From a virus (taxonomy: Duplodnaviria; Caudoviricetes): 35,489 nt of DNA. The DNA is taken from positions 1 through 35,489 of IMG/VR virus record IMGVR_UViG_3300020044_000658; one strand, 5' to 3'. Made by a program: the position numbers and the translations under genes. Positions 7,064 through 16,357 of this stretch are shown here, piece after piece (positions within the stretch are counted from its first letter, which is position 1; each line of letters opens with the position of its first letter). Below the pieces are notes generated by a model. That model saw only the letters and a program-made list of their open reading frames with translations, had not been told where the DNA came from and did not search any database.

Positions 7064-7875
7064 GCTGGCTCTTTTCGCAGGCGCTGGTGGTGGAATACTT
7101 GGGGGAAAACTTCTCGGATGGCGCACAGTCTGCGCAGTCGAATGGGAGCCATACCCAGCAAGCGTATTGTGCGCCAGACAAAATGACGGCATTCTCGCGC
7201 CTTTCCCGATTTGGGATGACGTACAAACCTTTGATGGAAAGCCATGGGCAGGCATTGTTGATGTCGTATCTGGCGGCTTTCCATGCACCGACATTTCCAT
7301 TGCCGGCAGAGGCGCAGGGCTTGATGGAGAAAACTCCTCAATGTGGTATCACATGGCGCGGGTGGTTAGCGAAATTCGACCCAGATTCGTATTTGTGGAA
7401 AACAGCCCAATGCTCATTCATCGAGGAATCGGGCGAGTCATTGGAGACCTTTCCAGTCTCGGGTATGACTCGAAATGGAATGTTATGGGAGCTGCCGACA
7501 TTGGCGCACCGCACCAGCGCGACCGCATCTGGATTGTGGCGCACGCCCGACACGGGGGGGGGGGACATCTGGAATACTCAAGCAAGGCAAGAATCATCGG
7601 GCGAATGGTCAACCCGTACAAATCAGACTGGTCGACCAAGTGAACAATCCCAGACTATGGCCAACACCAGTGTCGAGAATGCACAAAGACGGTGGAAATC
7701 CCTCGGAGTACAAGAGGAACGAAATCCCCCTAGCGGCACAGGCTGGTGGGCCACTGAACCCAGTGTGGGTCGAGTGGCTGATGGGGTGGCCGCTAGGGTG
7801 GACAGACTTAAAGCCATTGGAAACGGGCAAGTCCCACTCTGCGCAGCCACCGCTTGGAGACTCTTAAATGAATAA
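7056..7875 (+). CDS. C5 cytosine DNA methyltransferase alpha polypeptide, frameshifted at the G11 tract
   Basis: Motif I LFAGAGG, IV GGFPC, VI ENSP, VIII HQRDRIWIV in the frame of 7008..7643. Motif X DRLKAIGNGQVP lies in the +1 frame after 7554-7564. Confidence 0.85.
7060..7867 (+). CDS. Overlapping alternative-frame beta polypeptide of the methyltransferase (motif IX / probable TRD), also frameshifted at the G11 tract
   Basis: Open frame MSWLFS...SGMTRNG...LWRTPDT before the tract. After it, the next frame gives LWPTP...LNPVWVEWLMGWPLGWTDL (motif IX-like). Confidence 0.75.
7554..7564 (+). repeat. G11 homopolymer tract
   Basis: cac-GGGGGGGGGGG-acatc; G10 or G13 restores both overlapping frames. 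Confidence 0.95.
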
Positions 7876-8035
7876 TGAACTACCCCCAGCCCTTGATGCC
7901 TGCCTTGACCTGGTCAAAGACTTACTCCACCCAGAAGTCTTTGGCCACGCAATGCCCGATGAAGTCAAAACCCGCGCATTCGTTGTCAAAACAATGCTGG
8001 AGCGCTTGAAAGCAAGAATGGATAAGCAAGTATGA
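7868..8035 (+). CDS. Small hypothetical protein (55 aa, not in the ORF track)
   Basis: MNNELPPALDACLDLVKDLLHPEVFGHAMPDEVK...; GGAG RBS; ATGA overlap with the next gene. Confidence 0.65.
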   Translation: MNNELPPALDACLDLVKDLLHPEVFGHAMPDEVKTRAFVVKTMLERLKARMDKQV

Positions 8036-8418
8036 CCAGAGGCTTGAAACCCCGTGTAGGCCCTGCCATTGAGGCAGCACTACAAAAGAAAGGCAATCTT
8101 TCAGACCTTGATCTGGCCAAGATTTGCTTTTGTGCCAGGCGCAGTGCAGCCAGAGAGCTGTTTGACCTTCACTGCAATGAGTTGGTATATATCAGTGGAT
8201 ATACCAGAGTCAGCAACAATGGCCAGTGGCGGCCTCTGTGGTCATGGGGTGATGAAGAGGATGCCATTGCACCTGGTCCCGTGCCAGGCGCTGATCGCAT
8301 TCGGAAATATCGCGAGAAGATGTCAGCCGATGACAAAGACTTTGGCGCGGCCAGACGCAGACAAAAGAGACGGGTTGTGAAACGCGACCCACTTGTGGCC
8401 GCGTTTTTTGGGTCTTAG
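8032..8418 (+). CDS. Basic putative winged-HTH DNA-binding protein (possible late regulator)
   Basis: LSDLDLAKICFCARRSAARELFDLH helix-turn-helix-like segment; Arg-rich C-terminus; last gene of the early + operon. Confidence 0.6.
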   Translation: MTRGLKPRVGPAIEAALQKKGNLSDLDLAKICFCARRSAARELFDLHCNELVYISGYTRVSNNGQWRPLWSWGDEEDAIAPGPVPGADRIRKYREKMSADDKDFGAARRRQKRRVVKRDPLVAAFFGS

Positions 8419-10524
8419 TTATGGTGCAACATAATCAGGCAGCATTCCACCAATCTGTCCAGCACCACGGCCTGCGACACCAGCAGCTCTTGCGCGAGAC
8501 TCGTTGAGCTTCCTGACAATATCGGCCAACTGGGTTAACTGCTGCGGATCACGCGAGAGCAAGATGCGGCCAATTTCATTTCGCACGGCCTCTGGGGTTT
8601 GAGTCTGACGGGCCAGATTGGTGGCTGCCGTGACAATGGCCATTGGGCTTCCAGAAGCCGCTGCACCAGCTGTCTGCGCCAATGGTGCAATATCAAGATC
8701 AGCCTGTCCGGCCAATCTGGCAGCAGTTTGTGAGCCACGGCCAGCTGATTCCAAACGCTTAAGCGCCTCTTCTTTATAAACGGCAGCAGAAAATACTTTG
8801 TAGTCATTGCCAAATGCGGCCTTCAATCTGTCTTGCGTTGCAGGCTCTTTATAGAATTTAAGCAATGATGTTTGGCCAGCCTCTGTGCCAGTCTTTTGAC
8901 GCAAAGCCTGCAAAACACCAATTCTGTATGCTTCAAGTTCAGATGGGTTTAAACCTTTGATAGCTTGCTGTGCATCAAGAATGTCACCTTGCATGACCTT
9001 GCGACCAATCTCGGCAGCATCCATCATTTGTGATGGTCCAGCATAAGTCTTCATGGCCAAACCATAAGCAGATTGGCCACCAATCTTGGGTGATTTGTCA
9101 ATCAAGAATTTTTCCAAGCTAACACGAATGTTGTCAGTGGCAATGGCATCGTTGCTTGCACCAGTCTTTTTCATTCCCTGGGCCGCATCGTAAAGTGATC
9201 TTTTTAATGCATCCAAAACGACCATTGGCACTTGCTCACCATACTTTAATGCAGACAGATCAATGTCCATGCCGGTTTGTTTTCTGTAAAGTGCTTCAGC
9301 ATCACGCTGCATATCGCCTGATTTTTTAAGCAAGCCAATCAAACTATTGTCAACTGGGATGCTTGCAGTATCCACCACGGCATAGTATGGGCGTGATTCG
9401 ATGTAGCGCTTGTTTGCAAAGTTCTCAAGTGTTTGCATAAACTGAGCGCCACCAGTGCCAAGGGTTTCATCAGACGCTTCCATCAATCGGCCAGCACGGC
9501 CCACTTGGCGCTCACGAATAGCACGTTCTGTAGCACTTGCCGTTGTGCCAGGCAATGTGGCCTGCACATCGAGCAAATTGCGTGTAGACGGGCCACCCAC
9601 ATCGGCAATGCGAGCCTCTGGGCCTAATTTCAAAAGTCTGGATTGCGCTCTGGTCAATGCGCTTGCTCCTGTCAATGGCTCTGGCACATCACGAATCAAT
9701 GCCTCTGCCACCTTTTGCTGGGCATAAGTGCCAGCAGCTGTGGGAGACATACGGGCCATGACCTGACGGCCACCAGCACCAAGAATGCCCATCACTGGCT
9801 GAGTGGTAACACCAAGGCTGCCACCAACCAATGCGCTTTTGCCTGCCTCTTTCAGCATCTCTATTGCGTCATCTTCATAAGAGCCGCCAAGACCGCTGAC
9901 AAATCCATAGCCAGCGCCAGAGCCACCAGCTTGGGCCATGCGCTGGCCCATGCCCATGACTTGGCCAGCACCAGGCGCAGCAGTCATGTATCTGCCTGCG
10001 GCTTGAATTGCTGGTGCGACCCTTGGGGCGACAGCTTCAATTGCAGGCAATGTAGCGCCACCAATATTTCTGACAGCAGTGCTAGTCAAGCCGCCAACCA
10101 CCACGGGCAGACTGGCCACCAGTTGGCCACCAGCTGCTTTGTATGGTGATTCTTGCTGATAAGACTCAGCAGCACCTCGCATGATGTCACGGCCCTGCGC
10201 GTAGGCTTCAGACAATGGAATGCCTTGCTCAAGCGCTGCAAATGGAGCGCCAACAGCGCCCACAATTCTAGGGAATGTGTTGAATGTGGGGCCTTGCATG
10301 GCGCTGACAAACCCGCGAAAACTTTCTGGCAGTTCTGTGCCTTCTCGATAGGCCGGAGACTGTCCTAAGAATTTTAGGATTTCGCCTGGCTTATATTGAT
10401 TCTCAAGCGCAGCTGTGACTTGTGGTCCAACATCGGGCAGTTGAGCCAAAAACTGAATAATCTGGTCATCCTTGTAACCGGCCTTCTGAGCTTCTTTGAT
10501 TTTCTCTTTAATGCCATCCATCAT
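8419..10524 (-). CDS. Large internal virion / DNA ejection protein
   Basis: 701 aa, Ala/Gly-rich helical; last gene of the podovirus structural operon. Confidence 0.65.
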   Translation of the reverse strand: MMDGIKEKIKEAQKAGYKDDQIIQFLAQLPDVGPQVTAALENQYKPGEILKFLGQSPAYREGTELPESFRGFVSAMQGPTFNTFPRIVGAVGAPFAALEQGIPLSEAYAQGRDIMRGAAESYQQESPYKAAGGQLVASLPVVVGGLTSTAVRNIGGATLPAIEAVAPRVAPAIQAAGRYMTAAPGAGQVMGMGQRMAQAGGSGAGYGFVSGLGGSYEDDAIEMLKEAGKSALVGGSLGVTTQPVMGILGAGGRQVMARMSPTAAGTYAQQKVAEALIRDVPEPLTGASALTRAQSRLLKLGPEARIADVGGPSTRNLLDVQATLPGTTASATERAIRERQVGRAGRLMEASDETLGTGGAQFMQTLENFANKRYIESRPYYAVVDTASIPVDNSLIGLLKKSGDMQRDAEALYRKQTGMDIDLSALKYGEQVPMVVLDALKRSLYDAAQGMKKTGASNDAIATDNIRVSLEKFLIDKSPKIGGQSAYGLAMKTYAGPSQMMDAAEIGRKVMQGDILDAQQAIKGLNPSELEAYRIGVLQALRQKTGTEAGQTSLLKFYKEPATQDRLKAAFGNDYKVFSAAVYKEEALKRLESAGRGSQTAARLAGQADLDIAPLAQTAGAAASGSPMAIVTAATNLARQTQTPEAVRNEIGRILLSRDPQQLTQLADIVRKLNESRARAAGVAGRGAGQIGGMLPDYVAP

Positions 10525-11786
10525 CAGCCTCCTGGTATGCCAAAGATATTACCAAGGGATGGTCTTGTTGCACCACCACCACCACCGCCACCACTTGGTG
10601 CAGTTCGCATCAATGAGGGAATGGTGGCTGGAGCGCCAAGGGCTGTATCAAGGTTTTTGAAACCATAAGCATCACCAAATCCTCGATACTCATTGCGCTT
10701 TTTGTTATATGCGTCACCAGCTGCTGCATACAGTTCGTTGGCCAAAGCCTTAAAGTCATCGCGCTGGGTCGGAGTCAGCTTCTGGCCAGTCATCATGTTG
10801 TTGAAATAGTTCTGCAATCGGTCCATGCGGCCAGACGCGGCCATAGCAATTGCCAATTCAGACTCACGCACCACAGAGCCTGGATCGAGCAATTTCATAA
10901 TCTTGGTAGCACCGGCCACATCACCAATTGGTGTGCCTGCGCTCAATGATGAAACCACCTGACCAAATGCAGACTGCATATCGCTGTAATCTTTGTAAAT
11001 TGGCTCTTGCTTAAATGCTTTGCTAAGACTCATTTCATTCTCAAAACCCTTTTGGCCACTGGTCATGTCGACTGGCACTTTGACATTGACATTGGTTGCA
11101 CCAGAGCGCCTCAGTTGCATAATATTTTCAAGAGTGACGGGGACTCCGGCCTCTTTAAGCAAACGCGACTCGGCTGGTGATGGCTCTGGCTTGTCCAGTT
11201 GACGCAAACCTTGCAATGTCACCGGCAAACCCAATGCTCTCAAGGTTTTGATATTCTCTGGAGTGGCCTCTGGCTTCATAGCTTCTAGTAAATACTGAGT
11301 GCCTTTCTCTCGGCCAAGACCGCCAATTAAGGCACGTTGTTGTTGGCTTAAATTGGCCAAGGGATTGGCTGCCGTAGGTGCAGGCGCTGGCTCCATTATT
11401 GAGACTGACTCGCCTGTCAATGGCTGCATTGGTGCAGGTGCAGCAGCTTCTGGTGTTTGCAACATTTTTAAGAAGTCAGCATCAGCCTTTGCTGCGCGTT
11501 GAGCCTCGGTCAATTTCTGTCCCAAAAGCACATCTTGCAGTGAGCCAGCTCTGGCCTGCTGATAACCTTGCTGGCCTGCCTGCAAAGCTGATCCAAGTGC
11601 TTGGCCCATGCTGATTGGGACTGCACTTCGGCCACTGGCCTGCAAGAGTGCACCAGCTGCTGACAGTGCAGCATTACGGCCCAAGAGCTTGCGCTGATCT
11701 TCTGTCAGCAATGCATCAAGACCCGTTGGCACACCACCACCGCCAAACATATTGCCTAAACTTGCAAAATCAAATTGAGTAGCCAT
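10524..11786 (-). CDS. Internal virion / ejection protein
   Basis: 420 aa, Ala/Gln/Gly-rich; KLLDPGSVVRESE motif typical of podoviral injection proteins; position in operon. Confidence 0.65.
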   Translation of the reverse strand: MATQFDFASLGNMFGGGGVPTGLDALLTEDQRKLLGRNAALSAAGALLQASGRSAVPISMGQALGSALQAGQQGYQQARAGSLQDVLLGQKLTEAQRAAKADADFLKMLQTPEAAAPAPMQPLTGESVSIMEPAPAPTAANPLANLSQQQRALIGGLGREKGTQYLLEAMKPEATPENIKTLRALGLPVTLQGLRQLDKPEPSPAESRLLKEAGVPVTLENIMQLRRSGATNVNVKVPVDMTSGQKGFENEMSLSKAFKQEPIYKDYSDMQSAFGQVVSSLSAGTPIGDVAGATKIMKLLDPGSVVRESELAIAMAASGRMDRLQNYFNNMMTGQKLTPTQRDDFKALANELYAAAGDAYNKKRNEYRGFGDAYGFKNLDTALGAPATIPSLMRTAPSGGGGGGGATRPSLGNIFGIPGG

Positions 11787-11795
11787 ATTTCCACC

Positions 11796-12245
11796 TTAAT
11801 CCAATAAACCTCTGAGACGGGTATTGACTACATCGCCTCTGCTCATCATGTTAGTTGATCCAGTATCTGGTGCAAGCAAAGATGCAGCCCTCATGGCCCG
11901 TCTTTCTTGACCAGGCTTGATGGCCAGCTCTGCCACCGGAGTTCCATCTCTGTCCATGGCCACCGCCACATTGTCAAAGCCCTTGGCCTGATCGTATGCA
12001 TAGCCAAAGAGCGCCATGCCAACATCTTTCTCAGACCCTTGGTCAATGATCCTGACCTTTGCAGGGTCACTGGTGATCACAATGCCTCGGCTTGTCTCTG
12101 CCACTGTCAGCCCATCAGGGATGCGAGATGGCATTGGCGATCCAGGCGTGATCAGTATGGTGTCACGCTTGCTTGATGGATCAAGCAAAGCCATGAGCTG
12201 CGCGTCAGCGTAGCGTTGTGGCTCTGGGGTTGGGTTTGGTCTCAT
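11796..12245 (-). CDS. Hypothetical protein within the ejection cluster
   Basis: 149 aa ORF that fits tightly between its neighbours. Confidence 0.6.
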   Translation of the reverse strand: MRPNPTPEPQRYADAQLMALLDPSSKRDTILITPGSPMPSRIPDGLTVAETSRGIVITSDPAKVRIIDQGSEKDVGMALFGYAYDQAKGFDNVAVAMDRDGTPVAELAIKPGQERRAMRAASLLAPDTGSTNMMSRGDVVNTRLRGLLD

Positions 12246-12246
12246 G

Positions 12247-13200
12247 TTAGATCAAGGCAGCCAATGCGCCAAGACCAGCGCCAGTGCCTGCCGTCAGACC
12301 GGCAGCACCAGCCAATTGAGAGCCAGCCAATGCACCGCCTAATAGGCCAGCACCGACATTCTGGCTGTATGGAGTTGTTGCCACCATGCCAAGATTGGCA
12401 GGCTGCGCACCGAGTGAAGACTGGACCACACCAAGACGCTGCAAACCAATATTTCGGATTGCATCCATTTGTTGCTGGTCCAAAGCCTGACGCGCACCGC
12501 CAGCACCCATGACCGCTTGAGCGCCACCAAGACGCAATGCTTGTTGTTGTGCAGCCAAATTACCGAGCTGGCTTGCACCGCCCAAGCGCAATTGCGCACC
12601 TTGCAAGCCTGCTTGCTGATTGGCAATGTCGGCTGCTGATCTGCGCGCAATGTCTTGACCCTGCAAAGCCACTGCCTGGTTGAATGCTTGCTCGTTTAAT
12701 GTTGCACCAAGATTTGCCGCTTGCTTGGCAAAGCCAGCATTGGTCAGACTTTCTGCTACACCTTGGCGTGATCCACCAAATGCACGGGCAGCCGTGGCAC
12801 GTTCACCAGTTTGTTGGATGGCAGATCGTCTTGCAGATTCCAAATCAGCCAATGCATTGGTGCGCACTTGCTCTGTAAATGGGTTCATGTAACTGCCAAT
12901 AGTGCCTGCACCTTGGCCAAGACCTAGATTGGTCTGCTGCGCTGAAATCTGTGCAGGCTGATAGACGCCGCCATAAGCCGCCATTTGGGCTGCCAAGTCT
13001 GTGCCACTGATGCCTGGGCCAGCGAGGCCCGTGTTGACCAGAGCCTCCTCACCCGCCTGGTACATTGGGTTGTAGCCAGCAAACTGCTGGATCGGCAATG
13101 CGCCAGCGACCCCTTGGGCCTGCTGAAAGTTGGCTAAGAATGCTTCTTTGATCTGTGGATCAATTGAGCTTGTCGATGTAGTTGTTCCACCTTTAGACAT
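12247..13200 (-). CDS. Pilot / DNA transfer protein (P22 gp7-like role)
   Basis: MSKGGTTTSTSSIDP start, YMNPF, AFGGSRQ, Q/A/G-rich, hydrophobic Gly-rich C-terminus. Confidence 0.65.
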   Translation of the reverse strand: MSKGGTTTSTSSIDPQIKEAFLANFQQAQGVAGALPIQQFAGYNPMYQAGEEALVNTGLAGPGISGTDLAAQMAAYGGVYQPAQISAQQTNLGLGQGAGTIGSYMNPFTEQVRTNALADLESARRSAIQQTGERATAARAFGGSRQGVAESLTNAGFAKQAANLGATLNEQAFNQAVALQGQDIARRSAADIANQQAGLQGAQLRLGGASQLGNLAAQQQALRLGGAQAVMGAGGARQALDQQQMDAIRNIGLQRLGVVQSSLGAQPANLGMVATTPYSQNVGAGLLGGALAGSQLAGAAGLTAGTGAGLGALAALI

Positions 13201-13209
13201 ATTGCCACC

Positions 13210-14496
13210 TTATCCGAGTAAAGACTTTAATTTCTTGGCAGGCACTTTGCCTTCATTGATCATGTCCAGAAGTCCACGGCCATACTTATTGACTGAAGAC
13301 TTCTTGATCACATACTCACCGCGATCTAGGTATCCAGCGCCATCATCTGGACCAGGCGGGTTCATGCCAAACAAACCATCGACCATGCCGCCTTGGTTAT
13401 AAGTACCACTGACACTTTCGCCAACGCCTCCATCTGTGGCATTACCATCACCACCGCTTTCAACAATAGTATTTACACCAGCCAATTTTGCCGCATCGGC
13501 CTTGGCCAAGTTAGCAGCCGCAATCTGGTCATAAAGACCAGGGTTATATCCACCAAGTGGTTGGTTTACTGCCATGCCAGCATAAGGGTTTTGAAATGGT
13601 CGCATCTGGCCCATGACTTGGGCGTATGGAGAGCCAGTGCCACCGACCACATTGGGGTTGTATTGAGCGCCAATTGGGATTGATGTGTAGTTTTGAAAAT
13701 TCTGGCCAAATGTGCCTACACCACCCAAACCACCAAGGCCGCCAGTTCCTGTGCCAGTTCCTGTGCCAGTTCCTGTGCCAGTTCCTGTGCCGCCAGTAAG
13801 ATTTGTTACAGTGGTCGGTGGCGTGTAAAACTTAACACCAGAGCTGCTGGCCAAATAAGACATATCAGCATCAGTCAAACCAAAATCAGATTTAATTTGA
13901 GCCAAAGTTAATTTGCCTGATTGAATTGCATTATTAACAGCGCCAATATCACCAGATCGGAATGCGTTATATAAGGCTGTTTGTGCTGGCGTGTAGGTTT
14001 TAGTTGCTTGAGTTTGCGCTGTTTGACCGCCAGTAGTGCTTAACAAACCTTGTTGCGCTTTTAAAGCATTTTGTCTATCAATTTCTTCAAGACGAGCCTT
14101 TTCAATAGACCACAATCTATCAGCTTCAGCCTTTTGTGCAGGAGTTGCAGTTGCATTAAATGCTTGTGAAGTAGAGTCATTTCCACCCCTAGCTCTTAAC
14201 TCACCTAAGTAAGTTAATGCCGTTGGATTGGTAGCGTCATAGCCCGCAACACCAGGAGTTAAGGCAACGGCATTTCCAGCCGCATCTTCTACATATTGAC
14301 CTGGCCTCGTCACATCAACTTTAGCCATGTTCTGAGCAGAGTATGGATTAGCCGCACGAGCCGCATCTACTTGAGCCTGAGTGTCAGGCTGTCCAGATAC
14401 TTTACGAGCAATGTAGTCTTGGGCATTCCAAGAGCCATCTGGATTGATACCAGGAGGCAACCCCAATGATGCGTTAATTTGTGATTGTGTCGCCAT
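13210..14496 (-). CDS. Virion protein with GT repeat and C-terminal GG.V.G...GEYV...L..IN motif
   Basis: 428 aa; C-terminus resembles the motif seen at the ends of tape-measure/ejection proteins. Confidence 0.6.
   Translation of the reverse strand: MATQSQINASLGLPPGINPDGSWNAQDYIARKVSGQPDTQAQVDAARAANPYSAQNMAKVDVTRPGQYVEDAAGNAVALTPGVAGYDATNPTALTYLGELRARGGNDSTSQAFNATATPAQKAEADRLWSIEKARLEEIDRQNALKAQQGLLSTTGGQTAQTQATKTYTPAQTALYNAFRSGDIGAVNNAIQSGKLTLAQIKSDFGLTDADMSYLASSSGVKFYTPPTTVTNLTGGTGTGTGTGTGTGTGTGGLGGLGGVGTFGQNFQNYTSIPIGAQYNPNVVGGTGSPYAQVMGQMRPFQNPYAGMAVNQPLGGYNPGLYDQIAAANLAKADAAKLAGVNTIVESGGDGNATDGGVGESVSGTYNQGGMVDGLFGMNPPGPDDGAGYLDRGEYVIKKSSVNKYGRGLLDMINEGKVPAKKLKSLLG
13741..13788. repeat. 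12-bp tandem repeat x4 (GCCAGTTCCTGT) encoding (GT)n
   Basis: Seen directly. Confidence 0.95.
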
Positions 14497-14505
14497 ATTT
14501 ATCCC

Positions 14506-14874
14506 CTAAAGTTCCTTTGCCATTACAGACCACTGTGGACTGTAACCTTCGTCTTTCAAAAATGTCTTTGCCCAGCCTCTTCGGCCTGCCAAAGTCACCC
14601 TGGTGCAGCCAACAGACTTGCCCCAGGATTCGATCAATGGTCTCATCCTTGAGAGTTCGTCTAGGTCGCCACCAGCCAAGAAGTAATGCAAATTCTTTAG
14701 CCTGGGATAGACAACGATCTCTGTCAATACCACCGAGTCCTTGGCCGGCCACAGCTGTAATCTGTGATCCTCAACCATCTCAGCGACATCGTCAAAATTG
14801 TGTGTGCCTCCAGAGTATTCTAATGCCGCTTCCACATGGTGGCGCAACCTTTCCAAATGCTCTTGATCACTCAT
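14506..14874 (-). CDS. Phage protein with probable GNAT-like fold (P22 gp14-like position)
   Basis: LHYFLAGGDL...WGKSVGC...LAGRRGW; directly after the gp10-like gene. Confidence 0.55.
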   Translation of the reverse strand: MSDQEHLERLRHHVEAALEYSGGTHNFDDVAEMVEDHRLQLWPAKDSVVLTEIVVYPRLKNLHYFLAGGDLDELSRMRPLIESWGKSVGCTRVTLAGRRGWAKTFLKDEGYSPQWSVMAKEL

Positions 14875-16349
14875 CGCTTACCGGATGGGATGGCCTCAAG
14901 CCTCATCACCCCAATGCGCCAGTCAGACAAAGTGTCACCAGTCACCCGCATATTGACTTGGCGGCCAGAGAACCTGACAGAAGTCGGGTTGGCTGCCGTA
15001 TATGGTCCAAATGTGGATTGTGTGCCTGTCGGGTAATTGCGGGTTTTAAATGAAACTACCGCCTCACCCAAGGTCTGCTCATCTGGGACCACTTGGCGCA
15101 CAGACATGATGTTGTCGCCATTGCCCAATTGGACTGGGCCAGTCTCGGCATAAAGGCTGGCGCTGTCATAGTTAAAACCGACCTCATGCTCATAGATGTA
15201 ACCATCGCTTGAGACCATCAGAGGGTATGTGTAAACACCAGAGTCAACCCCAGCGTTTCTGGCCAATGTGCCAATGTTCCAGTGGTTTTCGCGGTAGTTG
15301 AAAGTGACATAACTGTCATTCTCATTACTGGCCGCACTTGGGTAATACCACCAAATCTCACCATACTTACTGACATGGACCGCATAAATCTTGGATGCCT
15401 GCGCATAGTTGATATTGGCAAAGATGTAGTCAGACACATCACTTGGCAGTGGCTTGACATAGCCGTCATAAATCCAGAAGCCAGAATTGCTCATCCAAAT
15501 GGCTGCCGTATCAATGGCTGCCACAGACTGGGCTGAAATGAGACCGCAGCCAGAGCCAGCTTTCTCAAATCCATAGACAAATGGAGCGCCCACATATTGC
15601 GCAGTGTGGACATCCACATCTGTAAACAGTAGGTTGACACCTTTGACCCGCTTGCCGGCAATGAGTGAGCCAGGCGTGGCTAAGTCATAGTCGCCTGCAA
15701 GGTTGTCGCCTGCCGGTGTCCACTGGGTATTGTTCTCTTGGTCGCACCACTGCACTTTTCTTGGGTTTCCACCAGCGCCAAGGGCAAAGATAATGCGCTC
15801 TTGGGTGACTAAAACCGCCTTGTTTCCAGTGGGTGCATTGGCAATTGCCGCTGCCAGCGTTGGCGTTGAAAAGCCTAGTTGCCACTCGTAAATCTTGCCA
15901 GCTGTGCTGGAGCAAGCAATTAAATACTCGCCCCAAGTATCTAGCGACCAGGTGGTGGCTGCAATGGGTGTGCCGGTGTCTGGCCGTGCCACGCCATAGG
16001 CAAATGTGCCATAAGTGCTGTAACCATAGCCAGTCAGCACTGTGGAGCTTGCATAGCCTGTGGTGAATCCAGTTGGCGTGATGTCTTTAAGTGTTCCAGC
16101 CTCGTTCATCACATAGAGTTTGGAATGAGTGCCAGCAGATATCCAGCGGTTTGCGCTGTTATCGCGCCAAGTAATAATGCCTCGGCATGAGCCTGACATC
16201 TGTGAGCTTGACCTAGTGCGCCATCCATTGATGGGCCGCAAAGTGTTTTCATACCAGCGCACTAGGTTTGCGTCATACCAGCGGCCTGCTGACTGGTATT
16301 CAGTGCCGTTTCTATAAATGCCTGGGGGTAATTTGATTGGTATGTACAT
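14871..16349 (-). CDS. Tail hub / DNA stabilization protein (P22 gp10-like beta-propeller)
   Basis: IKLPPGIYRNGTEY start, beta-rich with WSLDTWGE, VQWCDQE, EIWWYYPS; size and position. Confidence 0.75.
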   Translation of the reverse strand: MYIPIKLPPGIYRNGTEYQSAGRWYDANLVRWYENTLRPINGWRTRSSSQMSGSCRGIITWRDNSANRWISAGTHSKLYVMNEAGTLKDITPTGFTTGYASSTVLTGYGYSTYGTFAYGVARPDTGTPIAATTWSLDTWGEYLIACSSTAGKIYEWQLGFSTPTLAAAIANAPTGNKAVLVTQERIIFALGAGGNPRKVQWCDQENNTQWTPAGDNLAGDYDLATPGSLIAGKRVKGVNLLFTDVDVHTAQYVGAPFVYGFEKAGSGCGLISAQSVAAIDTAAIWMSNSGFWIYDGYVKPLPSDVSDYIFANINYAQASKIYAVHVSKYGEIWWYYPSAASNENDSYVTFNYRENHWNIGTLARNAGVDSGVYTYPLMVSSDGYIYEHEVGFNYDSASLYAETGPVQLGNGDNIMSVRQVVPDEQTLGEAVVSFKTRNYPTGTQSTFGPYTAANPTSVRFSGRQVNMRVTGDTLSDWRIGVMRLEAIPSGKR

Positions 16350-16357
16350 GGCAGTAT

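Noticed and set aside
7060-7875. 271-aa track ORF as a single genuine gene
   Set aside because: It is a hybrid of the beta N-half and the alpha C-terminal motif X, created by the G11 tract.
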